This document shows, one piece after another, positions 17,426-27,526 of a stretch of DNA of 64,000 nucleotides; the first letter of the stretch is position 1; each line of letters opens with the position of its first letter. Where the stretch lies: the NCBI GenBank assembly GCA_963714015.1, contig OY970223.1:3488001-3552000 (forward strand). Reading direction: 5' to 3'. The translations under genes and the position numbers were made by a program. The stretch is from Vulcanimicrobiota bacterium. GTDB taxonomy: Bacteria; Vulcanimicrobiota; Vulcanimicrobiia; Vulcanimicrobiales; Vulcanimicrobiaceae. Under the pieces are notes generated by a model. That model was not told the origin of the DNA, did not search any database, and was given only the letters and a program-made list of their open reading frames with translations.

Positions 17426-18532
17426 ATGGCCGCGATAGGCGACGTCTGCGCGGTCGCCGGCGGCATCGTGATTCTCGGCGTCGCGCTGGTAGACGTCTTT
17501 CAAACGGTTATCGTCCCGCGCGCCGAGGATACGTTCTTTCGCGTCAGCCGCTACCTGACGCGCATGGTTTGGCGGCTCTGGCCGCCGCTGGGGCGCACGC
17601 TGCATCCTGCAAACGATCGCGCCCGCGAAGACTGGCTTGGGACGTTCGCGCCGTTCGCGCTCATGCTCGAACTGGGGCTCTGGGTCGCGATGCTGCTGCT
17701 CGGGTGGGGACTTCTTTTTTACGGTTTGCGCGCTCAGTTGCATCCGTCGAATCCGTCCTTCGGATCGGCGGTCTATTTTGCGGGAACTTCGCTGATGACG
17801 ATTGGGTACGGCGACATCGTTCCGACGACCACTCTGACGCGCATGCTCGCCATACTCGCGGCAGGGTCGGGTTTAGGCGTGGTCGCCATCGTCATCTCAT
17901 TTTTGTTTGCGGTCTTCGGATCGTTCCAGCGCCGTGAGACGTTCGTCGTGACGATTGGCGCTCGCGCCGGCGTCCCCCCGAGCGGCGTGGGTCTGTTGGC
18001 GGTGCACGCGCGAGCCGGAATTCTCGGCGATTTGGGGCAGGTCTTCAGGCAAGGCCAGACCTGGACCGCCGAAGTGATGGAAAGCCATCTCGCGTATCCA
18101 ATCCTGATCTATTTCCGGTCGAGTCACGATTACGAATCATGGGTCGGGACGCTCGGAACGTTGCTCGATGCAGCGGCGCTCGTCATGAGCACGTTGGACA
18201 CGCAATCGATGGAAGATGCTCAGACGCAGGGCCAAGCGCAGATTCTATACGAGCTCGGCCGCCATCTCGTGGTAGATTTTTCAACGTACTTCGGATCGTT
18301 CGATCTCGCCGCCCCCGATCGTTCGGTAGGCGTGGAACGCGGCGAATTCGATGCGGCCTGCGATCATCTCGAGCAAAAAGGCTACCGTATTTGCGCGCGA
18401 GACGCCGCTTGGACCGAGTTCGCGCGACTGCGTTCGGCGTATGCGGAACCGCTCAACGCGCTTGCCAGATGGCTCGAGATCCCGCCCGTGCAATGGGTCG
18501 GCGATCGATCGCTCATCCACGTTCACCAGTAG
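17426..18532 (+). CDS. Potassium channel family protein (Ion_trans_2)
   Basis: Pore signature AVYFAGTSLMTIGYGDIVP flanked by TM helices. Confidence 0.85.
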   Translation: MAAIGDVCAVAGGIVILGVALVDVFQTVIVPRAEDTFFRVSRYLTRMVWRLWPPLGRTLHPANDRAREDWLGTFAPFALMLELGLWVAMLLLGWGLLFYGLRAQLHPSNPSFGSAVYFAGTSLMTIGYGDIVPTTTLTRMLAILAAGSGLGVVAIVISFLFAVFGSFQRRETFVVTIGARAGVPPSGVGLLAVHARAGILGDLGQVFRQGQTWTAEVMESHLAYPILIYFRSSHDYESWVGTLGTLLDAAALVMSTLDTQSMEDAQTQGQAQILYELGRHLVVDFSTYFGSFDLAAPDRSVGVERGEFDAACDHLEQKGYRICARDAAWTEFARLRSAYAEPLNALARWLEIPPVQWVGDRSLIHVHQ

Positions 18533-18636
18533 CCTTCTGCATTGGTCCGGAGCCACTCAATCACTGATGGATTGGGGTTGTAGCGCTTCGAAGAGACCGG
18601 CTACGCAGTGGCCCCGCGGCGGATCGCCGGAATACG

Positions 18637-18786
18637 CTAGTACGAGAGGATTTGCAAGCCGGCCATGAGACGCTGGCCGATCGCCAAGAGATGAAACGAG
18701 AGCACCATGTCGGCGATCACCTGCGCGGCGCCCAGCGCAACGAACGTGGAGCCGACTACAATTACAAAGACGCCCACGACGTACAT
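18637..18786 (-). CDS. Small hydrophobic protein, 49 aa (MYVVGVFVIVVGSTFVALGAAQVIADMVLSFHLLAIGQRLMAGLQILSY)
   Basis: Below the ORF-track cutoff. The AGGAG SD overlaps the TAG of the upstream cupin gene. Confidence 0.5.
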   Translation of the reverse strand: MYVVGVFVIVVGSTFVALGAAQVIADMVLSFHLLAIGQRLMAGLQILSY

Positions 18787-18798
18787 ATCGTCAGTCTC

Positions 18799-19860
18799 CT
18801 AGCCGGCAAGAATCGGCGGAACGTTCAGCAACCCTGAAGCGCCAAGGTCTGAAAGCTCCTGCGTCCAGGCGCTCATTTTCTGCTCGGGATCGAAGCCGGG
18901 GAAGTGCGCCGCAATCAAGTGTTGCATCGCCGTTCGGCTTGGGATACTGGTCAGCATCGCGAGAAAAAACCGATGCTCCGGATTGCGGGTCTTTTTCATG
19001 GCATTTTTGATCGCGGCTCTTCGTCGTTTTCCGTCGAACGCGTCTGTGGCGACGCTCACCAAATCCGAGTGGCGCTGCCGCAAAGTCTCCATGAGGACCG
19101 CAAAGGTTTCCCAGTGTCCGGTGTCCTTGGACGCAGACTCGACGACTTTGAATGCCGTCCAAAAGTCGGCGTTTGCGACCAGATTCCCGGCGAGATCGAG
19201 AAAGAGCCGGTGATCGGCGACCTGGAGAGCTTGCACAAGCGCGAGCTGCGTTTCCAGTGGTTCGGGATGATGGAACGGATCTATCGCAAGGCCGGGGTGA
19301 TAGTACCGGTACTGCGGCGCGTAAGCCGGAAGCGAAACCGTTCGCACGACCAAACTGATCGACGGCGGCTCCAGATGGAGCAGCGAATGAATGAACCGCT
19401 CACCAGGATAAATCGTCCGGACGTCGCCGCGCTCGAGCAACTCACCCGCGAGAAAGCCGAGATTCCCGAGCAACAAGTGAGGGCACACGCGCTCGGCGCA
19501 CTCGAAACGATACTCGCTGTGAAAGCTGGAGCCTTGCAATACGCCGAAAGCTCCCGCGAAGCCGTGCTGATGGATCGACGTCGGACGGTCAATCCACAAC
19601 AGAACCTCGATGTAAAATCCGCGCCCTTCGTAGACTTTGACCGGCGGTTGGCCGAAGCCGTTGAGGCGTTGTGCCGGCAGGGCGTTCGAATACAACGTCC
19701 ATTCGGCGATTTGATCGAGCGTGGTCGTTTTCAGAATCCCGGAGTCACGCAGAGCCGCCGTCGCGATCTCGGGGAATCGGTCCGCGTCGTTCCCGCACGC
19801 TTGCCAGGCGCGCGCTACCTGCTCCCCGAGCTCTTGGAAATTCGGCATTTCCTCCAGCAT
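18799..19860 (-). CDS. Hypothetical protein with a cysteine-dioxygenase-like cupin domain
   Basis: FYIEVLLW...TSIHQHGFAGAFGVLQG...FIHSL is an HxH plus distal His pattern as in CDO-type cupins. Confidence 0.6.
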   Translation of the reverse strand: MLEEMPNFQELGEQVARAWQACGNDADRFPEIATAALRDSGILKTTTLDQIAEWTLYSNALPAQRLNGFGQPPVKVYEGRGFYIEVLLWIDRPTSIHQHGFAGAFGVLQGSSFHSEYRFECAERVCPHLLLGNLGFLAGELLERGDVRTIYPGERFIHSLLHLEPPSISLVVRTVSLPAYAPQYRYYHPGLAIDPFHHPEPLETQLALVQALQVADHRLFLDLAGNLVANADFWTAFKVVESASKDTGHWETFAVLMETLRQRHSDLVSVATDAFDGKRRRAAIKNAMKKTRNPEHRFFLAMLTSIPSRTAMQHLIAAHFPGFDPEQKMSAWTQELSDLGASGLLNVPPILAG

Positions 19861-19983
19861 ACGGAAGCAGAGCCCCGCGGCACACGTGCCTGCGTATCAC
19901 GGGGGAATGAGCCGAACAGTTCGGCTCGGCATAGGCTCAAGCGCTCAGCCGCGGACCGAGGCGGCACAAAGTCTTCGTGCGGC

Positions 19984-20679
19984 TTAGAGTCCGTGGCGCG
20001 CGTCGTACCGGTGCAGAAACTTCTTCGCGTCTTCAATCGGCAGCGCGAAGCCGATCGAGTGCTCCTCGTCAAAACGTGATTCCGCCATTCCGACGATCTC
20101 GCCGTTGTCGCTCAAAAACACGGGAGCGCCGCTCTCGCCCGGTACGATCTGCAGCGTCACCTCCATCGCATCTTCGCGCAAAGAAGAGATGCGGCCCGAA
20201 TCGAGCGAGGTGGCCAGGCCGAGCCCTTCGTCGTCGAATTGATCCGGAATCGGATACCCGAGCAGTCCAATCATTCTGCCGGGCTGCGCGTCGGCCGACG
20301 AACCCAGCGACGCCGTGGGAAGATTTCCCCGGCGCGTGCGAACGAGCGCGATGTCCAAATCCTTGTCCGCAGCTACGACGCGCGCCGGCACTTTTTGTTT
20401 GTTCCCGATCGTTGCCTGCAGGTTCCACGCCTGATCGATCGCGTGCTGAACGGTGAGAATATCAGTGCCCCACGCACCGCTTGCGACGATCGTTCCCGTT
20501 GCGTACTCGTCGTCCGGAGGAGATTTTCTCGTATCGCCCGGCACCTTCATCGACAATAACACGACGGCAGGACGCAACTTATCGGCGGAATGAACGAAGT
20601 CGTCGTCCGGGCTACGCCCGGCGCAGCCGAAAAACGCAAAAATCGCCACGGCGAAAGAAAGAATAATGGGAGAACGCAT
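19984..20679 (-). CDS. Trypsin-like (S1) serine protease, probable lipoprotein
   Basis: Triad motifs LTVQHAI, DLDIAL, PGESGAPV; lipobox-like FAFFGC; no PDZ domain. Confidence 0.85.
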   Translation of the reverse strand: MRSPIILSFAVAIFAFFGCAGRSPDDDFVHSADKLRPAVVLLSMKVPGDTRKSPPDDEYATGTIVASGAWGTDILTVQHAIDQAWNLQATIGNKQKVPARVVAADKDLDIALVRTRRGNLPTASLGSSADAQPGRMIGLLGYPIPDQFDDEGLGLATSLDSGRISSLREDAMEVTLQIVPGESGAPVFLSDNGEIVGMAESRFDEEHSIGFALPIEDAKKFLHRYDARHGL

Positions 20680-20687
20680 GGGAGCGC

Positions 20688-21779
20688 CTATGAATGCGGC
20701 ACCGCCGCCGCCAGCGCCTCTTTCAGATCATCTAAACCGCTGCCCAGGCGAGCGCTGATCTGCAGCGCGCCGCGCAGGTGCGGCAATTCCCCCGCAACGG
20801 CGTCACACTTATTCAAGACGATGACTCTCGGCTTGTGCTCGAGACCGAGACCGTGCAGCGTCGAATCGACCGCTTGCATTTGACGAGGCCAATCCGCGTT
20901 CGAAGCGTCCACGACGTGCACGAGAAGATCCGCCTCGTTCAGCTCCTCCAGCGTCGCGCGAAATGCGTTGATCAAGTCTTTCGGCAGGTCCGTGATGAAG
21001 CCGACCGTGTCGACGACCCGCACGTATCGCTCGCCCGTCAGCCAGACCCGCCGCATCGTCGGATCGAGGGTCGCAAAAGGCTGATCGGCGACGAGCGCGT
21101 TGGCGCGGGCGAGCCGGTTGAGCAGCGAACTCTTGCCCACGTTGGTGTATCCCACCAGGGCTGCCAGCGGCTCGCGATGGGGAGCTGCTCGCCGGGTGGC
21201 GCGCTGCCGGCGCACTTCCTCCAGCTGACGATTGAGCACGCTGATGCGTTGCTGAATGCGCCGCCGGTCGACCTCGAGTCTGGTTTCGCCGGGTCCGCGC
21301 GTGCCGATGCCGCCGCCGAGCCGCGAGAGATCCGCTCCCACACCGATCAAATTGGACTGCCGGTACCGCAGCTGCGCGAGTTCGACTTGAAGCTTGCCTT
21401 CGCGGCTGCGCGCATGCCGGGCAAACACGTCCAATATGAGCATTGTCCGGTCGACGATGGGCAACGGAACGATCTTCTCCAAGTTTCTGCGCTGACGGGG
21501 ACGCAAATCGTTGAGCACCAGCAGCAAATCGACGCCCAAAGCCTTTGCGACCTCGGCGATCTCCCGAGCCTTTCCCGTTCCGACGAGCGTCGCGGGATCG
21601 ACCTGCTCGCGCCGTTGCACGATCCGTTCCACGATTGCGGCTCCCGAAGCCGCTGCCAGCGCTTCGAGTTCGGCAAGCTCCGGTTCGATTGGCCGGCGTT
21701 CGTCGCGCGTGTCCACGGCGACGATCAGCGCGCGGGAGCCGGTCCCGTCTGTGCCTGCTGCAAGCGTTCGATTAGCCAT
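20688..21779 (-). CDS. hflX: GTPase HflX
   Basis: EGKLQVELAQL, GGIGTRGPGETRLEVDRR, GYTNVGKSS, FATLDPT, DTVGF, NKCD. Confidence 0.96.
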   Translation of the reverse strand: MANRTLAAGTDGTGSRALIVAVDTRDERRPIEPELAELEALAAASGAAIVERIVQRREQVDPATLVGTGKAREIAEVAKALGVDLLLVLNDLRPRQRRNLEKIVPLPIVDRTMLILDVFARHARSREGKLQVELAQLRYRQSNLIGVGADLSRLGGGIGTRGPGETRLEVDRRRIQQRISVLNRQLEEVRRQRATRRAAPHREPLAALVGYTNVGKSSLLNRLARANALVADQPFATLDPTMRRVWLTGERYVRVVDTVGFITDLPKDLINAFRATLEELNEADLLVHVVDASNADWPRQMQAVDSTLHGLGLEHKPRVIVLNKCDAVAGELPHLRGALQISARLGSGLDDLKEALAAAVPHS

Positions 21780-22576
21780 TGGAGTCCTTCATTATAACGA
21801 GGTCCGGGACGCACCAGAATCGAGTCGTCCGCAGGAAAGTAGACCCGCTTTGTCTCGACCGCTCGAAGCGAGCGCCACGGCTCGCGATCCAATGCCAGGC
21901 GCAAACCGGAGTCCGAGGGCGCAATGACGACGTCGGGCTGCAGCCGCACCAGCGCTTCGGCGCTGTACTGCGCATACGGCCGCGGCAGCGACTGCACCGC
22001 GTTGCTTCCGCCGGCCAAAGCGATCAGCTGCGCAATATAGGAGTGCGGCCCCACCGTCCAAATCGGCTGCGCCTGCACCACAACGAACACCGAGAGTCGG
22101 CGCCTAAAGTGCTCGGCGCGCCGCAAAGCGCCGGTTCGAGCTTGCAAATCGGCAACGAGGCGCGAGGCTTGCGCGCTCCGTCCGCTGAGCCTTCCCAGTC
22201 CAACGATGTCGCTGAAGATCTCGGCGTAGGTGTCGTCGGGGAAAAACCGCACCGGAATGCCGGCACGGCGCACGGGTTCCGTCAAGAGCCGCTGCGCCGG
22301 AATGCCGGCGACCGCGTCCGCGTGCAAACTGAGAATCCGTTCCGTGTCGATGCTCGAGGCGTTGCCCACCTGCGGAACGCCCTTGACGCAAGGTATGTCT
22401 TGACTGTATTCGGAGACGCCGACGATCTGCGGTCGCGCGCCGAGCGCGCAGAGGTCTTCGGTGAGGGAAGGCATCAGCGAAACGATGCGATGCGCCGGGC
22501 CCGACGCCGCACGCTGCGGCGAGCCGGCGCACGCGCAGCACGACGCGGCCAGCAAGACGGCGGCACAGGCTTTCAT
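21725..22576 (-). CDS. btuF: Cobalamin ABC transporter substrate-binding protein (helical backbone)
   Basis: RIVSLMPSLTEDLCALG, E-I-SL-AD and RPGPR motifs. Divergent from the B12 riboswitch and btuBCD. Confidence 0.8.
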   Translation of the reverse strand: MKACAAVLLAASCCACAGSPQRAASGPAHRIVSLMPSLTEDLCALGARPQIVGVSEYSQDIPCVKGVPQVGNASSIDTERILSLHADAVAGIPAQRLLTEPVRRAGIPVRFFPDDTYAEIFSDIVGLGRLSGRSAQASRLVADLQARTGALRRAEHFRRRLSVFVVVQAQPIWTVGPHSYIAQLIALAGGSNAVQSLPRPYAQYSAEALVRLQPDVVIAPSDSGLRLALDREPWRSLRAVETKRVYFPADDSILVRPGPRYNEGLQWLIERLQQAQTGPAPAR

Positions 22577-22636
22577 CGCAACGCGCCATTCCCCGACCAG
22601 GAACGCCCGCCTCCCCGCGGTATAGCAGTTCGTTCA

Positions 22637-22776
22637 CGCTTGCGCGAGGGAAGCCGGTCCAAGGCCGGCACGGTCGCGCCACTGTAGGCGGGGAGCCGCC
22701 CGAACGTCACTCCCGCACTGGGGGGAAGGCACGGGCACGGGGCTACGATCCGCGAGTCAGGATACCACCGCAAGCG
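22637..22776 (+). ncRNA. Cobalamin riboswitch
   Basis: P1 CGCTTGCG/CGCAAGCG; conserved AGGGAAGCCGGT-CCAAGG-CCGG, GCGCCACTGTA, GGGAAGG and B12-box-like GAGTCAGGATACC. TATAGC -10-like hexamer at 22621-22626. Lies 36 nt upstream of btuB. Confidence 0.9.
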
Positions 22777-22812
22777 CCGCTGACAACCGCCTCGCGCAAA
22801 GGAAAGGTTCGA

Positions 22813-24654
22813 ATGACTCATCTTTGCATACGTGCTCGGCGCGCTGCTTGCGCTTGCACCTTCGCCCTCACCATCCCCGTCACCAGCTGCGGAAATAGCG
22901 CACGTCTATACCTCCGATCGCTCCGATGAAACGCTGAACAACGCAGCGCGGAGCACCTACGTCGTCACGAGTGAAGAGATTGCCCGCAACGGTTATCGAA
23001 CCGTTGCGCAGGCGCTCCAAGACGTCCCCGGTGTCGAACTCTCCGAACTCGGACCTATCGGATCGAACGTGGAGTTCGGCGTGCGCGGAAGCGCATCGTC
23101 CGAAGTGCTCGTGCTGATCGACGGACTGCCCGCGCCGGGTATGTTTTCGAACACCGTCGAGCTCGGGAACCTGCCGACGACCGGCGTCGATCGAATCGAA
23201 GTCGTCGAAGGCGGCGGATCGACGCTCTACGGCACGGGCGCCATGGGCGGGATCATCAACGTGATCACGCAGCGCTCGGCAAACACGAGCGCGACGGCGC
23301 GTTACGGATCCTTCGGCGATCAAGAACTGTATCTCAACACCGAACACGTGCAAGTCTCACGCGTGGTCGCGGCCAACGACTTCGGTTTGCCGGGCGGATC
23401 GACGCGACCCGACAGCGACTACGCTTCTTCGTCCATTCATGGAAACGAAGCGTGGTCGATGGGCTCCTTCGATGCCGCAATACGCGCAGGAATCGAGTCG
23501 GACCGCTTGGGCGCTCCCGGAAGCGATTCGTTTCTCTCCCCAACCTCACGCGAGAGTGACCTGAACGAGAACGCCGATTTCACGCTGACGCGGCGTACGG
23601 CGCAAGCGCAAAGCGCGCTGCAGCTGGGTGTCACGCGACAGCAGATTGAGTTTCTCTGCGAGGCGGCCGTCGATCCGAACTGCGGCTTCGCCAATCCTGC
23701 ACTCGATACGGAAAACCGCTTTGACTTCGGCGCGCGCAACACGATTACGGGCGCAGACGAACAGACGCTGTACGGGATCGATCTCTCGCGCGGGGTCGTG
23801 CGCAGCGACAGCGGCGGGGAGGTTACGCCGCCCACGGCGCCGGTTTCGACGGATGCACTTGCCCAAGCCGCTGCATACGTGCAGCAGCGGTTCGATCAGT
23901 CGTGGGGAGACGCGTACGCCGGAATTCGGGGCGAACGCGACGGCGGTTTGGGCGGCGAGTTCTCCCCGTCCGCCGGCTTCGTGTACCGGCTTTCGAACGA
24001 AGCGGCGATCAAGGGCAACGCGGCGACGGCATTCCGGGCGCCGAACGCAGGCGAACTTTACTTTCCCGGCTTCGGCAATCCCGCGCTTCAACCGGAGCGC
24101 GCCAAAGTGTTGGATCTCGCGGTGAGCGATTCGCATTTTGCCGGCGGCGCATCGCTGGGCTGGTTCTCCAACCGCACGAACGATCTCATTGCGTACGATT
24201 TCACGACGAACACCGACGAGCAGATCGATCGTGCGTTTTTGCAAGGCCTCACGTTCGATATGCGTACACCGGTCTACAACGGTTATGCGATGTCGTTCAA
24301 TTTGACGGATCTTTACCGCGCGCAGAACGTCGATACGCAGACGCGTCTGGCAAACGATCCGGTTATCGCCTCGAATCTTCGCTTGGACTACACGGCGCAT
24401 TCCACCGGCCCTCTCGACGGCTGGGGGATTGTGCTGCGAACGAGCGGTCAACGCGGCAAGCGTCGATACGTCGCTGCCGGCGTACGATCAGCCGGTCGAA
24501 TACGCAACGCTCGAACGCGTATCTGCGAGTGCGCGCCGGAAATGCCGCGCTCGTGACGCTGCGCGGGTTCAACATCGGAAACGAGCGGTATGCGACGGTT
24601 TCCGGCTATCCGATGCCCGGGCGTTCGTTCATGGTGGAGGTTTCGGCGAAGTAG
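22813..24654 (+). CDS. btuB: TonB-dependent cobalamin receptor (three apparent +1 frameshifts at ~22816, ~24459, ~24514)
   Basis: Plug motifs VAQALQDVPGV, VLVLIDG, RIEVVEGGGSTLYGTGAMGGIINVIT; C-terminus NIGNERYATVSGYPMPGRSF in a shifted frame. Follows the riboswitch. Confidence 0.85.
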
Positions 24655-24655
24655 C

Positions 24656-25640
24656 ATGATCGCGCGCCTGGCAGGCTTGGCGGCACTGACGCTTGCGGCG
24701 TTGCTGGGCGCGTTGCTCGCCGGCGGTACATGGCTCGCGCCGGCGCAAGTCGTCCTCGCGCTCCAACACCCGCATGGCGGCGATGCCGCAATCATCGTGT
24801 GGCAACTGCGGCTTCCGCGCGTCGTCATCGGCGCGACGGTCGGCGCGTCGCTGGGAATCGCCGGCGCGCTGCTGCAGGGAATGCTGCGAAATCCGCTCGT
24901 CGATCCGTTCTTGACCGGCGTAAGCGCGGGCGCGGCGGTGGCGATCGTCGCGGGCATGGCAGCCGGCGTGGCCGCCGCTGCATTACCGGCCCTCGGATTT
25001 GCCGCGGGCATGGGGACGGCACTCTTCGTCGCCGTCCTCGCTCGCCGCGGCAGCGGCATCGATTCGGCGCGGCTCATCCTAGCCGGAGTCTCGCTCTCCT
25101 CGCTCTTCTCTGCCATGATCGCGCTGATACTGACGCGTCTGCAGAGCGCCGACTCGGCGCCGGCGATCATCGGCTGGCTCGCGGGTTCGCTTGCCGGACG
25201 CGGTTGGAGCGATCTCGCGTTCGCATTACCCTATGCCGCCTGCGGGGCGTGTCCTTGCACTCGCGTGCGTTCCGGCGCTCAATGCGATGCGCCTGGGCGA
25301 CGTGCGCGCCGCCTCCGTCGGCGTGGACGTGAATCGAGCACAATGGCTGATCCTCGCGGCGAGCGCGCTCCTCACGGCGTCCTCGGTCACGCTCGCAGGC
25401 ACGGTCGGATTCGTCGGGCTTATCGTTCCGCACATCGCCCGTCGCGCAACCGGCTCGGACACTCGCTTCGTCATTCCGGCCTCGGCGCTGCTCGGCGCTG
25501 CCCTGACAGTACTCGCGGATGCGCTCTGCCGGACAATCGCCGCTCCGACGGAGATTCCCATCGGCGTACTGCTGGCGTTCGTCGGCGTGCCTGCATTCTT
25601 GTACCTCTACCTGCACGCGGAACGCGCTCCATCGGTATGA
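24656..25640 (+). CDS. btuC: FecCD/BtuC-family ABC permease (+1 frameshift ~25250)
   Basis: IVWQLRLPR, LQGMLRNPLVDP, GTVGFVGLIVPHIAR, EIPIG. Confidence 0.85.
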
Positions 25641-26426
25641 TCGCAGCCCGCAACTTGGAACTGCGCGCCGGCACGCGCACGCTGCTCTCGGATACTTCAT
25701 TTGAAATAGCGCGCGGCGAATTCACCGCCGTCCTCGGTCCCAACGGCGCCGGAAAGACGACGCTGCTCCGCACGCTCGCCGGGGTGGTTCCTCCGGCCGC
25801 AGGCAGCGTGCTGCTGGGAACCGGACGACGTGCGGACGATGCCGCCGTCTTTGCGCGCACAAGCAATAGCATATCTCGCCAGCGAAGAGATCTTCGTCGA
25901 TCAGCTGGCCGTTCGGGACGTCGTTTCTGCCGGACGATATCCGCATCACCGCTGGTATCAATGGCGCGAGGACGAGCGGGACGATCGAACGATAGCATCT
26001 GCGCTGCAGTCCGTGGGAATGCGCGCGTTCGAAGAGCGGCGTTTTTCGACGCTCTCGAGCGGCGAACGCCAGCGCGTTTGGCTTGCGATGGCGCTCGCGC
26101 AGGAAGCTCCGCTGCTGCTGCTTGACGAGCCCACGAGTCATCTCGACGTGCGAACCGCTCAAGAGATGCTGCAGTTGCTGCGTTCGCAGGTTCGCCGAGA
26201 AAAAAGCGTCGTCTGCGTTCTGCACGACGTCAACGAGGCGGCCGAGTTCGCCGATCGAATCATCTTGCTCGACGGCCGCAGCATGCTCGCATTCGACAGC
26301 GCATCGAACGTGCTCACCTCGCCGTTGCTGGACCGTGCTTATGGAACGGCCTTGGAAAGAGTTCGCACCCCGTCCGGACGCTTACGCGTTTTTCCCGCCG
26401 CAGAAAGCAGCTCAACCGAGCCGTAG
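25637..26426 (+). CDS. btuD: ABC transporter ATP-binding protein (+1 frameshift ~25825)
   Basis: GPNGAGKTT, LSSGERQR, LLLDEPT, VLHD. ATGA overlap with the permease. Confidence 0.85.
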
Positions 26427-26471
26427 TGCGCGCGCCCTTCGTTTACAGATCGCTCGAAGGGAGTTGCTCGA

Positions 26472-27011
26472 ATGAAAACTATCGTTACGGCAATGGCGGC
26501 TCTACTCGCATTCGGTTCGGCCGTCTCAGCCGCAGGCGCTCAGCAATACGGCAATTACGGAAACCAGTACGGATCCGCTAATAACGGCGATAACGCGCAA
26601 TGCCGGTACGAAACGAGGCAGCAGCGCCGCGATCGCCGAGAACGCGGAAACTACAACAACAACGACAATGGTAACGAATACTACGGAGGCAACACGTCCT
26701 ACAACGCCGGCAATCCGTATTACAACGGGAACAATCAGTATAACAACGGCGGTCAGCCGTATTACCGAAACGGCACGGGATACTCCGGCGCAAACAATCG
26801 GTGCGCCGATTCCAACGCGACGGTAAGCGGATCGATCGTCGGGATCAACGGGACCCAGGTTACCTTGCAGACCCAAAACAGCCGCACGATAACGATCGAC
26901 GATCGGCCTGCGCTCGATCGCCGGATGTCGGGACGCGTTGCCGTCGGCCGCTTCGTTACGGCTCGCGGCTACTGGAGCAACGGCGTCTTTTACGCTACGG
27001 AACTGGACTAG
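26472..27011 (+). CDS. Secreted Asn/Gly/Tyr-rich low-complexity protein with a small C-terminal OB-like domain
   Basis: SD GGGAG, signal peptide, N/G/Y-rich middle, then VSGSIVGING...VGRFVTARGYWSNGVFYA. Confidence 0.7.
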   Translation: MKTIVTAMAALLAFGSAVSAAGAQQYGNYGNQYGSANNGDNAQCRYETRQQRRDRRERGNYNNNDNGNEYYGGNTSYNAGNPYYNGNNQYNNGGQPYYRNGTGYSGANNRCADSNATVSGSIVGINGTQVTLQTQNSRTITIDDRPALDRRMSGRVAVGRFVTARGYWSNGVFYATELD

Positions 27012-27098
27012 CTGCGCGCTTTGCGCGCTTTCTTGCGGCTCGAGGTTTTGCGATCCGCGCTCTTACGGGCGGTCGTCTTGCGGCCGCCCTTTTTGCAT
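27008..27098 (-). CDS. Putative tiny Lys/Arg-rich protein M-KKGGRKTTARKSADRKTSSRKKARKARS (needs removal of one base after ATG)
   Basis: AAGG 7 nt before ATG 27098. Its TAG overlaps the convergent gene's TAG (CTAG). Composition matches the H1-like protein at 63 kb. Confidence 0.45.
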
Positions 27099-27118
27099 TC
27101 GCTGCCTTACGGCCGCGT

Positions 27119-27526
27119 CTACCATTGCGGTTCCGGCTCCGGAATACCGGGGCCGTGAATGTCGGACGAGCTGACCCAACCGTAACGTCCTCGATCTTTG
27201 CCGCTGACGAGCTGCACACCCACCGCGTCTTCGGGCGCCATACGGAATTTGGAATGTACCGCGCCGCCGACGCAACTCTGGACCAGCGCTACCGTTCCGG
27301 GCCGCACGAGGAGCGCGTGCGGGAGCAAGAACTTGCGTGTGTCGGAGGAGCCGGAGGCAAACGAGACCAGCCGGTCGCGATTGTCCCAAACCAGCACGTC
27401 GGGATCGTCTACGCCGCCGAAGAGCGTAATCCGCATGCCGTGCGTTGCCCGGCAAGGCGAAACGGCTGCGGAACTTACGCCGCCTGCGAGTGCGGCGAGT
27501 GCGGCGATCAGCAGCAGCCTACGCAT
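27119..27526 (-). CDS. Secreted hypothetical protein
   Basis: Signal peptide MRRLLLIAALAALAGG; SH3-like C-terminal GRYGWVSSSDI; overlaps the end of the upstream gene. Confidence 0.65.
   Translation of the reverse strand: MRRLLLIAALAALAGGVSSAAVSPCRATHGMRITLFGGVDDPDVLVWDNRDRLVSFASGSSDTRKFLLPHALLVRPGTVALVQSCVGGAVHSKFRMAPEDAVGVQLVSGKDRGRYGWVSSSDIHGPGIPEPEPQW

Noticed and set aside
19909..19927. Hairpin GAGCCGAA-CAG-TTCGGCTC, and small hairpins near 38247-38276
   Set aside because: Short stems without a U-tract and no similarity to the E1/E2 core; not enough to call.
22813..26426. btuBCD as true pseudogenes
   Set aside because: Only +1 indels, no nonsense codons, motifs and riboswitch intact, and metH needs B12. 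Sequencing error is more likely, though this needs read-level confirmation.
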